A stretch of 32,000 bases of DNA from Thermoproteus tenax Kra 1 (GTDB lineage Archaea > Thermoproteota > Thermoprotei > Thermoproteales > Thermoproteaceae). Position 1 is the stretch's first letter. Every line of letters starts with the position of its first letter. The notes below the pieces were generated by a model. The model worked only from the letters and a program-made list of their open reading frames with translations. It did not search any database and was not told the origin of the DNA. The stretch is taken from NCBI RefSeq assembly GCF_000253055.1, contig NC_016070.1:870001-902000 (forward strand), given 5' to 3'. The position numbers were made by a program, and so were the translations under genes. This document shows, piece by piece, positions 7,080 to 15,563 of this stretch.

Positions 7080-7664
7080 CTACGCCTTTATCAGTCCCAT
7101 AACGCCGTCGGCCACGAGCTGGACCGCCCAAGCCGCTATTATTAGGCTGAAGAACCTAGCGAATATCCTCAACGCGTTAGTCCCGACGAGTCTCACCAAC
7201 AACGCCGAGTATTTCATCGTTAGATAGGTCATAGCCGAGGCAACGGCTATGGCCACTATCAACGTCAGCGGGTCGTAGTAGGTGGCCATCACCATCACAG
7301 ACGTTATAGCGCCCGGCCCCACGAGCATCGGCGTTATTATGGGCACAACGATGTACTCATCAGGGTTTATGCCCATCGTCTTTGGGGCACCCTCTCTGAG
7401 GATGTCTATCGCTATAACGAACAGCACGGCCCCGCCTGCGGCGCGGAACCCATTTATGTTGACTCCGAATACATTCAATATATAGGGGCCTGCGAACGCG
7501 AACAACAACAACAGCACTGGGACAGTGGTCGCCACTAGCCTCAGAAAACGCGGGTGCATCCTCTCATAGTTGGGCAACGTGGCGAGCAGGGGTATGGCGC
7601 CCAATGGGTCTATAATGGCGTAGAGTTGCACTGCGCCTACCAGCGCCTCGAAGGGCGAGAACAT
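7080..7664 (-). CDS. MarC family (UPF0056) integral membrane protein
   Basis: Polytopic membrane protein with the N-terminal block YAIIDPLGAIPLLATL typical of MarC. The start is either ATG 7664 (TGATG overlap with the cren7 stop) or GTG 7667. Its stop abuts the tRNA-Glu 3' end. Confidence 0.8.
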   Translation of the reverse strand: MFSPFEALVGAVQLYAIIDPLGAIPLLATLPNYERMHPRFLRLVATTVPVLLLLFAFAGPYILNVFGVNINGFRAAGGAVLFVIAIDILREGAPKTMGINPDEYIVVPIITPMLVGPGAITSVMVMATYYDPLTLIVAIAVASAMTYLTMKYSALLVRLVGTNALRIFARFFSLIIAAWAVQLVADGVMGLIKA

Positions 7665-7843
7665 CACTCAGGCGGCACCCTAGCTATTACCCTCCTCACC
7701 ACTTTTCCGTCGGGAGTTCTGAAGAGAGCGACGACCACGCCCGGCTTCCCGGGCGGTTGAAGCACCCAAGCCTTTTCAGGCTTCAACATATACCTTCTCC
7801 CCTCAACTACGACTTCATACTCTTTATCCAGTATGTCTGACAC
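7664..7843 (-). CDS. cren7: Chromatin protein Cren7
   Basis: [35 protein letters not shown] aligns with the Sulfolobus Cren7 core ([36 protein letters not shown], from memory). GTG 7843 is preceded by GGAGG (7852-7848) and gives 59 aa, the usual Cren7 size. The track start TTG 7879 would read through A/T promoter-like sequence. Confidence 0.8.
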   Translation of the reverse strand: MSDILDKEYEVVVEGRRYMLKPEKAWVLQPPGKPGVVVALFRTPDGKVVRRVIARVPPE

Positions 7844-7880
7844 GTGGCCTCCTACTGGGGTAAAAAAATCTTTTCGCAAA

Positions 7881-7890
7881 GTTTAAAACT
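7881..7890. promoter_or_regulatory. Shared A/T box between divergent cren7 and metE-like genes
   Basis: GTTTAAAACT lies about 24 nt upstream of ATG 7909. On the minus strand it is upstream of cren7, and a second box (TTTTTTTA, 7862-7869) lies about 23 nt from GTG 7843. Confidence 0.5.
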
Positions 7891-7908
7891 TCCCGCTCCC
7901 CACCGCCA

Positions 7909-9060
7909 ATGTTACCGAGGGCGTTCGTAACAAGCGTAGTGGGCTCGTGGCCGCGCCCCAAGTGGCTTCTGGAGGCCTTCGAGAGAAGGGAGGCAGGCTT
8001 GATAGACGACGAGACTCTGAAGATATACATGGACGATGCCGTGAGGCTTGCGATCCAAGATCAAGTCGATGCAGGCATAGACGTGGTGACCGACGGGGAG
8101 CAGAGGCGCACAAGCTTCGTGGCATTCGTCGGACAGAAGCTCAAGGGCTTCAAAGTGGTCAAGGTGGACGAGCTCCACCCTGAGGCCAGAGAGATAATGA
8201 AGCGCCACAAGGCCCCGCTGACGATCTGGCGCCCAGTGATATCAGGCTATATTGAGGACAGCATAATAGCTGAGGACGAGGCCAAGTTCGCCAGAGCTGT
8301 CTCCCCGCGGCCCATTAAGGTGACGCTTCCCTCCCCCTATCTGATCATGTGGGAGAGCTGGCACCAGAAAATATCATCTCCCTACTATCCAAGGCCGGAG
8401 GACGCGGCCGAGGCATACGCCAAAGTTCTGCGGAGGGAGATCGCCCGGCTCATAGACGCAGGAGTCGCCTTTATACAATTGGACGAGCCCATGTTAGGAG
8501 ATCTACTGGAGGCCTCCGAGACGGAGCCGGACAGATATAAGAGAGTCGCAATGGAGATATACGGCCAGAAGTACCGAGGCCTCAAGGATGAGATAAGGCT
8601 CGCGGTCGACTTAGTCAACGAGGTCGTGCAAGGGTACGGGACGGTCGTCCGCATCGGGGTCCACTTGGACAGATGGCCCGCGGAGGACTCGCCGGTTGTA
8701 GGCTACGAGAGACTTGCCCCTGCCATCTTCGACCTCAAGGTGAGACAGTACGTCGTGGAGTACAAGGCGCCGCGCATGGGCGATCCGGCCGAGTTCGCCA
8801 AGATTCTGCCCTCAGACAAAGAGCTGGGCCTCGGCTCTGTGGACGTGAGGAACCCCAAGGCGGTGGAGACGCCCGAGGAGATCGTGGCCCACGTAGAGAG
8901 GGTGGTGAAATACGTAGATCCCACAAAGATATGGTTGAACCCCGACTGCGGCTTTGCGCCGGGCCAATTCAGAGCATTTCCGAGAGACGTAGCCAGAGCC
9001 AAGCTGAAGGCGATGGCCGAGGCCGCGAGGAAGTTGAGGGAGAAATACTGGTGGGTTTAG
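7909..9060 (+). CDS. metE: Cobalamin-independent methionine synthase family protein (MetE catalytic-domain type)
   Basis: 383 aa. VGSWPRPKWL, DAGIDVVTDGEQRR and the C-terminal NPDCGFAP (Zn-ligand Cys region) are typical of the Meth_synt_2 domain. ATG lies about 24 nt downstream of the A/T box at 7881-7890. Confidence 0.8.
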   Translation: MLPRAFVTSVVGSWPRPKWLLEAFERREAGLIDDETLKIYMDDAVRLAIQDQVDAGIDVVTDGEQRRTSFVAFVGQKLKGFKVVKVDELHPEAREIMKRHKAPLTIWRPVISGYIEDSIIAEDEAKFARAVSPRPIKVTLPSPYLIMWESWHQKISSPYYPRPEDAAEAYAKVLRREIARLIDAGVAFIQLDEPMLGDLLEASETEPDRYKRVAMEIYGQKYRGLKDEIRLAVDLVNEVVQGYGTVVRIGVHLDRWPAEDSPVVGYERLAPAIFDLKVRQYVVEYKAPRMGDPAEFAKILPSDKELGLGSVDVRNPKAVETPEEIVAHVERVVKYVDPTKIWLNPDCGFAPGQFRAFPRDVARAKLKAMAEAARKLREKYWWV

Positions 9061-9602
9061 GCAGGCCTGAACCAATAGGTTAGGTAGCCCTCCCCAGCCC
9101 TTTTCCCCACGACGAGTCTCATCTTCATGCCTGGCTTGAGCGTGCGCGGATCTGCATCTACCCAAGCGGTCACGTTGAAGCCCTCGGGCATCCGCACTAT
9201 CCCGACAACATAGTCTCTGTTGTGGGCAAAGGACGCCGGCTTTACATTTATCACAGTCCATGTTATCAATTCTCCCTCCCTTGACGCCTCCCTCCACTCC
9301 ATGTCGGACGCCTTGCATTTGGGACAGTCGGCTTGCGGCGGGAAGTAGACTGAGCCGCACCTCTTGCATACAGTGTAGTAGAGTCTCTCTTGAGAGAGCC
9401 CTTCTATGAACTTAGATATCCTGTTGACCGAGAGTTGGAACCTCAACCTTAACTCCCTCACGTCGACCCAGATTAGGGCTCCCGTTTTCTGATCTCTGAC
9501 AACGGGGAGCCCCGTGCTTGCGACCAGCCGATCCAGTTGGCTTAACTGCTCAGCCTCGGCCTTGTCCAGATATTCCCGCAGCTTCTGGATTATGGTGCTC
9601 AT
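9057..9602 (-). CDS. DUF35 OB-fold/zinc-ribbon protein (thiolase-associated scaffold)
   Basis: FIEGLSQERLYYTVCKRCGSVYFPPQADCPKCKAS (four-Cys ribbon) followed by an OB-fold-like C-terminus. ATGA overlap with the upstream thiolase. Carries an N-terminal extension of about 50 aa. Confidence 0.8.
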   Translation of the reverse strand: MSTIIQKLREYLDKAEAEQLSQLDRLVASTGLPVVRDQKTGALIWVDVRELRLRFQLSVNRISKFIEGLSQERLYYTVCKRCGSVYFPPQADCPKCKASDMEWREASREGELITWTVINVKPASFAHNRDYVVGIVRMPEGFNVTAWVDADPRTLKPGMKMRLVVGKRAGEGYLTYWFRPA

Positions 9603-10771
9603 AGCGACAATATGGTCACAAAGGCGTAGTGTCCGGTGCCGCCCACATTATGGGCCAACGCCATTCCCCTCCTTATGGGCGCCTGCCTCCCCCTTTCAAC
9701 CTCCTGGCGCAGTTGTCTTGTCAATTCGGCTATCATTGCAACTCCAGTGGCCCCGATGGGGTGTCCCTTGGCCTTCAGCCCGCCGCTTAGGTTAACCGGG
9801 ATCCTTCCGCCTATATACGTCTGTTTCTCCCGCGCCAACAGATAACCCTCCCCCCTCTTGGCGAAGCCCAAGTCCTCGTACGCCATAATCTCTGCTATAG
9901 TGAAGCAGTCGTGCACCTCGGCCACGTCTAGGTATTTGACGGGCTCAGAGGGATCTATCCCTGCCCTTCTATAGGCCCTCTCAGCCGCGAGTCTGGCCGC
10001 CTCTAGTCCCGTAAAGTCTGCGCGTTTGCTCAAGTTGCTGGTGCCGTTGGCGGCGCCTATGGCCTTTATCCACACGGGCGTGTCTGTGATCTTCCTCGCG
10101 ACCTCCTCGCTGGCGAGCACGACGGCGGCAGAGCCGTCGGTTATGGGCGATGAATCATAGAGTTTGAGGGGCCAGGCGACGTATTTAGACTTGAGACACT
10201 CCTCCAATGTTATAGGCTTTTGGAACTGCGCCTTTGGGTTCATGGAGCCGTAATAGTGGTTCTTCACGGCGACCTCACACAGGTCAGCCTCAGTGGCTCC
10301 ATACTTGTTCATATACGCAGTGGCATGCAAGGCGTAGTAGCCGGGAAACGTAAGGCCGAAGTTCTCGAACTCCCAGAAATAGTTCCCAGCTCTGCCTATG
10401 AACTCCACCACAGTAGGGGTCGGCGATTCGTTCATCTTCTCGACCCCTATGGCCATAACTATATCGGCCTCGCCGCTGGCGACCATATGATAGGCCGTCC
10501 TCACGGCCGAGGAGCCGCTTGCACACGCAGCCTCGACCCTTATGCCGCTATGTGGCGCCAATCCGCAGTACTCCCCCACTACTACGGCGGGGAGCGGCTC
10601 GCTGGACCAACCGCCTACGTTGCCTACGACGAATGCCTCTATGTCCTTGGTGTCGAGCCTCGCATCGTCGAGGGCCTCCTTGACGGATTCCCACGCAAGC
10701 TCAGGCAGAGAGACGTCCGGGCGATAGCCGAACTTCGAGACGCCTACTCCTACAACGGCGACCTTCCTCAT
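9599..10771 (-). CDS. Thiolase-domain protein, archaeal SCP-x-like type (3-ketoacyl-CoA thiolase)
   Basis: Active-site Cys block VEAACASGSSAV and GGLKAKGHPIGATG. Lacks the C-terminal CxGGG motif of type II thiolases. ATGA overlaps on both sides (ACAD upstream, DUF35 downstream). Confidence 0.85.
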   Translation of the reverse strand: MRKVAVVGVGVSKFGYRPDVSLPELAWESVKEALDDARLDTKDIEAFVVGNVGGWSSEPLPAVVVGEYCGLAPHSGIRVEAACASGSSAVRTAYHMVASGEADIVMAIGVEKMNESPTPTVVEFIGRAGNYFWEFENFGLTFPGYYALHATAYMNKYGATEADLCEVAVKNHYYGSMNPKAQFQKPITLEECLKSKYVAWPLKLYDSSPITDGSAAVVLASEEVARKITDTPVWIKAIGAANGTSNLSKRADFTGLEAARLAAERAYRRAGIDPSEPVKYLDVAEVHDCFTIAEIMAYEDLGFAKRGEGYLLAREKQTYIGGRIPVNLSGGLKAKGHPIGATGVAMIAELTRQLRQEVERGRQAPIRRGMALAHNVGGTGHYAFVTILSL

Positions 10772-12000
10772 GTGACGAGTTTGGCGACCTCCTCAGGTAT
10801 CTGTCCCTTCTCTCTCAAGAGGCGTATCAGCTGTCTATACGCCGTGAGGCGTTGGATGTTGTTGGCGCCCTCGTATATCTGTGTTATTTTGACGTCGCGC
10901 AAGAACCTCTCGATGCCAGTTTCGACTATTACGCCAACTCCTCCATGGAGGTTTATGGCCTCTGATATTATTTCCTCGGCGACCTCAGTCGCATAGAACT
11001 TAGCCAGCGAGGCCACGAAGGTGAACTCCCTTCTTCCATCGTCGGCCAGTTTGGCCGCTAAATATGTCAAGAGTCTCGCCGAGAACAGCTTAGCGGCCAT
11101 GTCCATGAGGCTGAACTGTATTGCCTGGAAGTACGCAACGGGGACTCCGAAGGCCTGTCTCTGATGTACGTACTGGAAGGCCCTCTCGAAGGCGCCTTGG
11201 GCCATTCCCACAGCCTGTGCGGCGACGCCTATCCTTGTCCTATCGAAGGTCTCCATGGCGTATATGAAGCCCATGCCCTCCTCGCCCACTCTATTCTCGT
11301 CCGGCACCTCCACATTGTCGAAGACGAGCTCGCATGCGTTATCGCCGTGTAGGCCCATTTTGTGGTAGCACTGTTCCACTCTGAAGCCTGGAGTTCCCTT
11401 CTCCACTATGAAGAACGTCAAGCCTAAGTATCGGGCTCTTTTATCAGGCGGCGGGTAGGTTCTGGCCAGGACGACGAAGTAGTCGGCTACGTCGGAGCTG
11501 CTGATGAACGCCTTCCTTCCATTGATGACCCACTTGTCTCCCCTCTTCTCAGCCTTCGTTTGTATTCCGGCCACATCGCTGCCGCAACAAGGCTCAGTCA
11601 CCGCGAACGCGCCCAGCTTTTCGCCGCGCGCTATCGGCGGGATATATTTGCGCCTCTGCTCCTCGGTCCCAAAGAGCAGTATGGGAGTCATGAAGAGCTC
11701 GTTTGTTCCGAAGTAGACGCTGAGGCCAGGTAGCACTCTACAAAACTCCTCGCTCATTATGGCCGCCATTCTGTGATCGCCGCCCTGGCCGCCGTACTGT
11801 TCGGGGACGCCTATGCCGTAGAATCCTTGCTCCGCTATTTTCTTAATGATGTCCAACGGAGGCCGATCTCTCTCCTCGATCTCCATGGCCCTTGGCGCTA
11901 TCTCCCTTTCAACGAACTCTCTTACAGCCTTTCTGAACATCTCATGTTCTGGCGTCAGTACCACAGAGAAGTCGGTTATAGAGTCCAGTGGGAATACCAT
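10768..12000 (-). CDS. Acyl-CoA dehydrogenase
   Basis: 410 aa. AFAVTEPCCGSD, IYEGANNIQ (catalytic Glu region) and overall ACAD architecture. ATG lies about 24 nt downstream of the A/T box at 12021-12028 on the minus strand. Confidence 0.9.
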   Translation of the reverse strand: MVFPLDSITDFSVVLTPEHEMFRKAVREFVEREIAPRAMEIEERDRPPLDIIKKIAEQGFYGIGVPEQYGGQGGDHRMAAIMSEEFCRVLPGLSVYFGTNELFMTPILLFGTEEQRRKYIPPIARGEKLGAFAVTEPCCGSDVAGIQTKAEKRGDKWVINGRKAFISSSDVADYFVVLARTYPPPDKRARYLGLTFFIVEKGTPGFRVEQCYHKMGLHGDNACELVFDNVEVPDENRVGEEGMGFIYAMETFDRTRIGVAAQAVGMAQGAFERAFQYVHQRQAFGVPVAYFQAIQFSLMDMAAKLFSARLLTYLAAKLADDGRREFTFVASLAKFYATEVAEEIISEAINLHGGVGVIVETGIERFLRDVKITQIYEGANNIQRLTAYRQLIRLLREKGQIPEEVAKLVT

Positions 12001-12020
12001 GGCCCATTGTTACGGCCTCA

Positions 12021-12028
12021 ATATAAAC
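12021..12028 (-). promoter_or_regulatory. TATA-like box for the ACAD-thiolase-DUF35 operon
   Basis: The minus strand reads TTTATATT, centred about 24 nt upstream of ATG 12000. Confidence 0.5.
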
Positions 12029-12054
12029 CATTATTTCGGCTAGACGTTAAGATC

Positions 12055-12066
12055 ATTTTTAAAATA
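12055..12066 (+). promoter_or_regulatory. TATA-like box for the first acyl-CoA synthetase
   Basis: ATTTTTAAAATA centred about 23 nt upstream of GTG 12083. Confidence 0.5.
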
Positions 12067-12082
12067 CTCGACACAAGATAAG

Positions 12083-13834
12083 GTGGAGTCCCATGAAATC
12101 TTTGAAAAATATATAAAAAATCGTCCCTGGACTAAGAACTACGACGAGGGTATACCTGCCGAAGTCACGATAAGGCCGGAGCCGTTATATGCGTACCTCG
12201 ATAGGACAGCTTCATCATATCCAGAGCGAACAGCCTTTGTCTATTTCGGCTCCCACGTTAAATACAAGACGCTGGCCGATCACAGCGACAGAGTGGCCAA
12301 GGCCTTGAGGGAGATGGGGGTGTCCAAAGGCGACATAGTTGCACTCTACATGCCGAACCACCCGGCGTTCGCCGTAGCCTTCTACGCCGCCGCCAAGATA
12401 GGCGCCACAGTCACGCCCATGAACCCGTTGTATACGCCGGGCGAGGTGGCCAGACAAGCGAGGGACTCGGAGGCTAGGGTGTTGTTCACAGCAGATGTAC
12501 AATACGACAAGGCCATAAAGGCCAACGAGGAGTACAGGTTCGAGAAAGTGATAGTGGCCGAGATGACCGAGTATATGCCGGCGTGGCTGAAGCCTATCGC
12601 GCGGCGCCAGATCAGAGCGCCGAGGATAAAATACGGCGGCGCCGTGGTGAAGTACGCCGAGCTTCTGTCATATGAGGCCGAGGGCTATAGAGCCGCCGTA
12701 AAGCCTGAGGAGGATGTAGTGGCGCTTATGTACACAGGCGGAACTACGGGGACGCCCAAGGGCGCCGAGATCACCCACGCCAACATATCGTCGAATCTAC
12801 AACAACTGAAGCCGTTCTACGACGTAGTCAGAAGGTCGCGGGGCATAGGGGCAGATGCGCCCCTCGTCCTAGTGGGGGTTCTGCCTTGGTATCATATATA
12901 CGGCCAAGTGACTGTATTACACTATTCGATATTCGACGGAGATACAGTGTTGGTATACCCCCGATTTGATCTGAAGAAGATACTCTCCGACATAGGCAAA
13001 TATAAGGCGTCCGTGTTCCACGGCGTTCCGACCATATTCAACGCCATAGTGAACAGCGTCGATGTAAGGAGATACGATCTGACTAGCTTGGCCTTCTGCA
13101 TCTCGGGGTCCTCGCCCCTGCCCGTAGAGCTCGCGAGGAGATTCGAGGCGGCTACCGGCGCGCCGCTCAGAGAGGGATACGGCATGACGGAGACCGCTGT
13201 GGTGACGCACCTCAACCCTCTGCTCAACGGGAGACACAAGGCCGGCTCCATCGGGTTGCCCCTCCCGAGCACATACGCCGCAATAGCCGACCTTGAGAAG
13301 CCCGAGTTGCTTCCACCGGGCCAGACCGGCGAACTCGTCATTTCGGGCCCCCAAGTCATGAAGGGCTATCACAACAGGCCCGAGGAGAATAAGGAGGCCT
13401 TCTTCAACTGTTGCGGCCTGCGGTGGTTTAGAACAGGCGATATAGCGTATATGGACGAGGAGGGCTATTTCTACATAGTTGATAGGAAAAAGGACATGAT
13501 CAAATACAAGGGATACTCCGTGTTCTCCAGAGAGATCGAGGAGGTCTTGTATCAACATCCGTGTGTCAAGGAGGCGGCGGTGATAGGGGTGCCCGACCAA
13601 GAGGCGGGCGAGGCGCCCAAGGCGTTCGTGGTGCTTAAGGACGAATGTAAAGAGCAGATCAAGCCGGCGGACATAATCAAGTGGGCGTCTGAGAGGTTGG
13701 CCCCCTATAAGAGACCTAGATACGTCGAGTTTAGGTCGGAGCTCCCCAAGTCGGCTGTCGGCAAGATACTAAAGCGTATCCTAAAGGAGGAGGAGCTGTC
13801 CAAATGGGCTCAGACAGGCAGATCGAATAAATAA
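12083..13834 (+). CDS. AMP-dependent acyl-CoA synthetase (long-chain fatty acid-CoA ligase type)
   Basis: MYTGGTTGTPKGAEITH (AMP-binding motif I), GYGMTE, and TGDIAYMDEEGYFYIVDRKKDMIKYKG. GTG start lies about 23 nt downstream of the A/T box at 12055-12066. Confidence 0.9.
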   Translation: MESHEIFEKYIKNRPWTKNYDEGIPAEVTIRPEPLYAYLDRTASSYPERTAFVYFGSHVKYKTLADHSDRVAKALREMGVSKGDIVALYMPNHPAFAVAFYAAAKIGATVTPMNPLYTPGEVARQARDSEARVLFTADVQYDKAIKANEEYRFEKVIVAEMTEYMPAWLKPIARRQIRAPRIKYGGAVVKYAELLSYEAEGYRAAVKPEEDVVALMYTGGTTGTPKGAEITHANISSNLQQLKPFYDVVRRSRGIGADAPLVLVGVLPWYHIYGQVTVLHYSIFDGDTVLVYPRFDLKKILSDIGKYKASVFHGVPTIFNAIVNSVDVRRYDLTSLAFCISGSSPLPVELARRFEAATGAPLREGYGMTETAVVTHLNPLLNGRHKAGSIGLPLPSTYAAIADLEKPELLPPGQTGELVISGPQVMKGYHNRPEENKEAFFNCCGLRWFRTGDIAYMDEEGYFYIVDRKKDMIKYKGYSVFSREIEEVLYQHPCVKEAAVIGVPDQEAGEAPKAFVVLKDECKEQIKPADIIKWASERLAPYKRPRYVEFRSELPKSAVGKILKRILKEEELSKWAQTGRSNK

Positions 13835-13852
13835 CTCACCCAAATCAATAAC

Positions 13853-13866
13853 ATTTAAAAATATAA
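13853..13866 (+). promoter_or_regulatory. TATA-like box for the second acyl-CoA synthetase
   Basis: ATTTAAAAATATAA centred about 22 nt upstream of ATG 13881. Confidence 0.5.
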
Positions 13867-13880
13867 CAATCTATTAATAT

Positions 13881-15542
13881 ATGGGCTACAAATATCAATT
13901 GACACTAAATAATTTATTAAGATATGTAAACTATGTATTTAGCGATGTACCGATCGTATACAGGCCGCCCCACGGAATTAGCTATCGGTCAACGTACGGT
14001 GAGGAGTACAGAAGGATCCTCAAGTTGGCGGACGGCCTCAGGAAGCTCGGCATAGAGCCCGGCGATAGAGTCGCCTCTCTGGACTGGAACACAATTTACC
14101 ACTGGGACCTCTACTGGGCGGTGCCCGGCATAGGTGCTGCGCTACACACTGTTAACGTAAGGCTGGCTCCCGAGGATATCGCCTACACGATAAACCAGGC
14201 CGGGGATAAGATGCTGATATACCACAGAGACTTCGCGCCGCTCGTTGAAAAGCTGAAGCCCGCTCTAAAGCAGGTCAAATATTACGTGCAGATATCGGAT
14301 GGACAAGGCTCTGTGGGCAAGGACCCTGATATAGAGGACGTGATAAAGTCTGGAGAAGAGAGGGAGCTCCCAGAGCTGAGCGAGGATCAAGTAGCCACCG
14401 TCCTATATACTTCAGGCACCACTGGGAGGCCCAAGGGCGCCTATTTCACCCATAGACAACTAGTGTTGCACACCTTGAGCGTGGCGCTCGCAATCGTTGG
14501 GTTCAGAGGATTGAGCCGGGGGGACTGCGCAGAGGTCAGCGGTGAGCCCTGTGCTACACTCTATCTGGTGCCCATGTTCCATGTCCATGCCTGGGGCCTC
14601 CCGTGGGTCTACTCAGTGGTCGGCTGGAAGCAAGTGTTGCCGGGCCGGTTTGACTACGGCCACATCTTGAGGCTCATAGTTGAGGAAAAGGTGAAGGCCA
14701 TGGCGGGAGTCCCCACCATCTTGTATATGTTGGTCACTCATCCGGATCTGAACAAATATATTTCCGAGATCAAAAGGCTGGCGCCCATATACGTAGTTGG
14801 CGGAGCGGCGTTGCCGAAGGAGCTTGCGAAGAAGGCCTCTGAGGCTGGCTTCGTGCCGCGCTCGGGCTACGGAATGACGGAGACTGCGCCGGTTGTCTCC
14901 CTCGGCTTCTTGAGACCCACTGAGAAGTGGCCGGAGGATCCAGAGAGACTCTACGATCTTATCACCATGACGGGGCTTCCGAACCCTCTGTCGGAGTTTG
15001 CGGTCTTTGACGAGAGCGATAAACCGGTCCCCAGAGACTGCAGAACAGCGGGAGAATTGGCTTTGAGAGCTCCGTGGATAACGCCGGAGTACATAGGGGA
15101 CCCAGAGAAGACCAGGACTGCGTGGCGGAACGGTTGGTTTCATACGGGCGATGCCGCCGTGTGGTGTCCCGACGGGAGGATCAAGATAGTGGACAGATTG
15201 AAGGACGTGATAAAGTCCGGAGGCGAGTGGATATCATCGCTACAGCTCGAGGATTTAATAATGACGCACCCCGCCGTGGGCATAGCGGCGGTGGTCGGGC
15301 TGCCGCACGAGAAATGGGGCGAGAGGCCCGTGGCCTTCATAGTCCCAAAGCCGAACGCCGCAGTCACGCCAGAGGATATAACAAGCCATCTATTGAAGTT
15401 CGTGGAGGCAGGCAAGATCCCCAAGTGGTGGCTACCTGACAAGGTTGTAATAGTCAACGACTTGCCCATGACAGGCACTGGAAAAATAGACAAGAAGGCG
15501 TTGAGGGAGAAGTACAGAGACCTTTTGAGGCAATCTATATAA
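13881..15542 (+). CDS. AMP-dependent acyl-CoA synthetase (medium-chain type paralog)
   Basis: LYTSGTTGRPKGAYFTH, GYGMTE, and HTGDAAVWCPDGRIKIVDRLKDVIKSGGEWISS. ATG lies about 22 nt downstream of the A/T box at 13853-13866. Confidence 0.9.
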   Translation: MGYKYQLTLNNLLRYVNYVFSDVPIVYRPPHGISYRSTYGEEYRRILKLADGLRKLGIEPGDRVASLDWNTIYHWDLYWAVPGIGAALHTVNVRLAPEDIAYTINQAGDKMLIYHRDFAPLVEKLKPALKQVKYYVQISDGQGSVGKDPDIEDVIKSGEERELPELSEDQVATVLYTSGTTGRPKGAYFTHRQLVLHTLSVALAIVGFRGLSRGDCAEVSGEPCATLYLVPMFHVHAWGLPWVYSVVGWKQVLPGRFDYGHILRLIVEEKVKAMAGVPTILYMLVTHPDLNKYISEIKRLAPIYVVGGAALPKELAKKASEAGFVPRSGYGMTETAPVVSLGFLRPTEKWPEDPERLYDLITMTGLPNPLSEFAVFDESDKPVPRDCRTAGELALRAPWITPEYIGDPEKTRTAWRNGWFHTGDAAVWCPDGRIKIVDRLKDVIKSGGEWISSLQLEDLIMTHPAVGIAAVVGLPHEKWGERPVAFIVPKPNAAVTPEDITSHLLKFVEAGKIPKWWLPDKVVIVNDLPMTGTGKIDKKALREKYRDLLRQSI

Positions 15543-15563
15543 CACAGGGCTGTAGGGTTTTTT

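Noticed and set aside
6652-7131. Small ORFs (62-68 aa) inside the RNA island
   Set aside because: They overlap the tRNA-Glu gene or the structured non-coding region. Their translations are Arg/Pro/Gly-rich, and no start context is present.
10220-10996. 258-aa plus-strand ORF across the thiolase/ACAD junction, and similar long antisense ORFs (12917-13600, 14613-15143, 8812-9369, 16913-17416)
   Set aside because: Each lies opposite a gene with unmistakable family motifs. Their translations are R/G/P/H-rich with no recognisable motifs. Long antisense ORFs are expected in GC-rich DNA.
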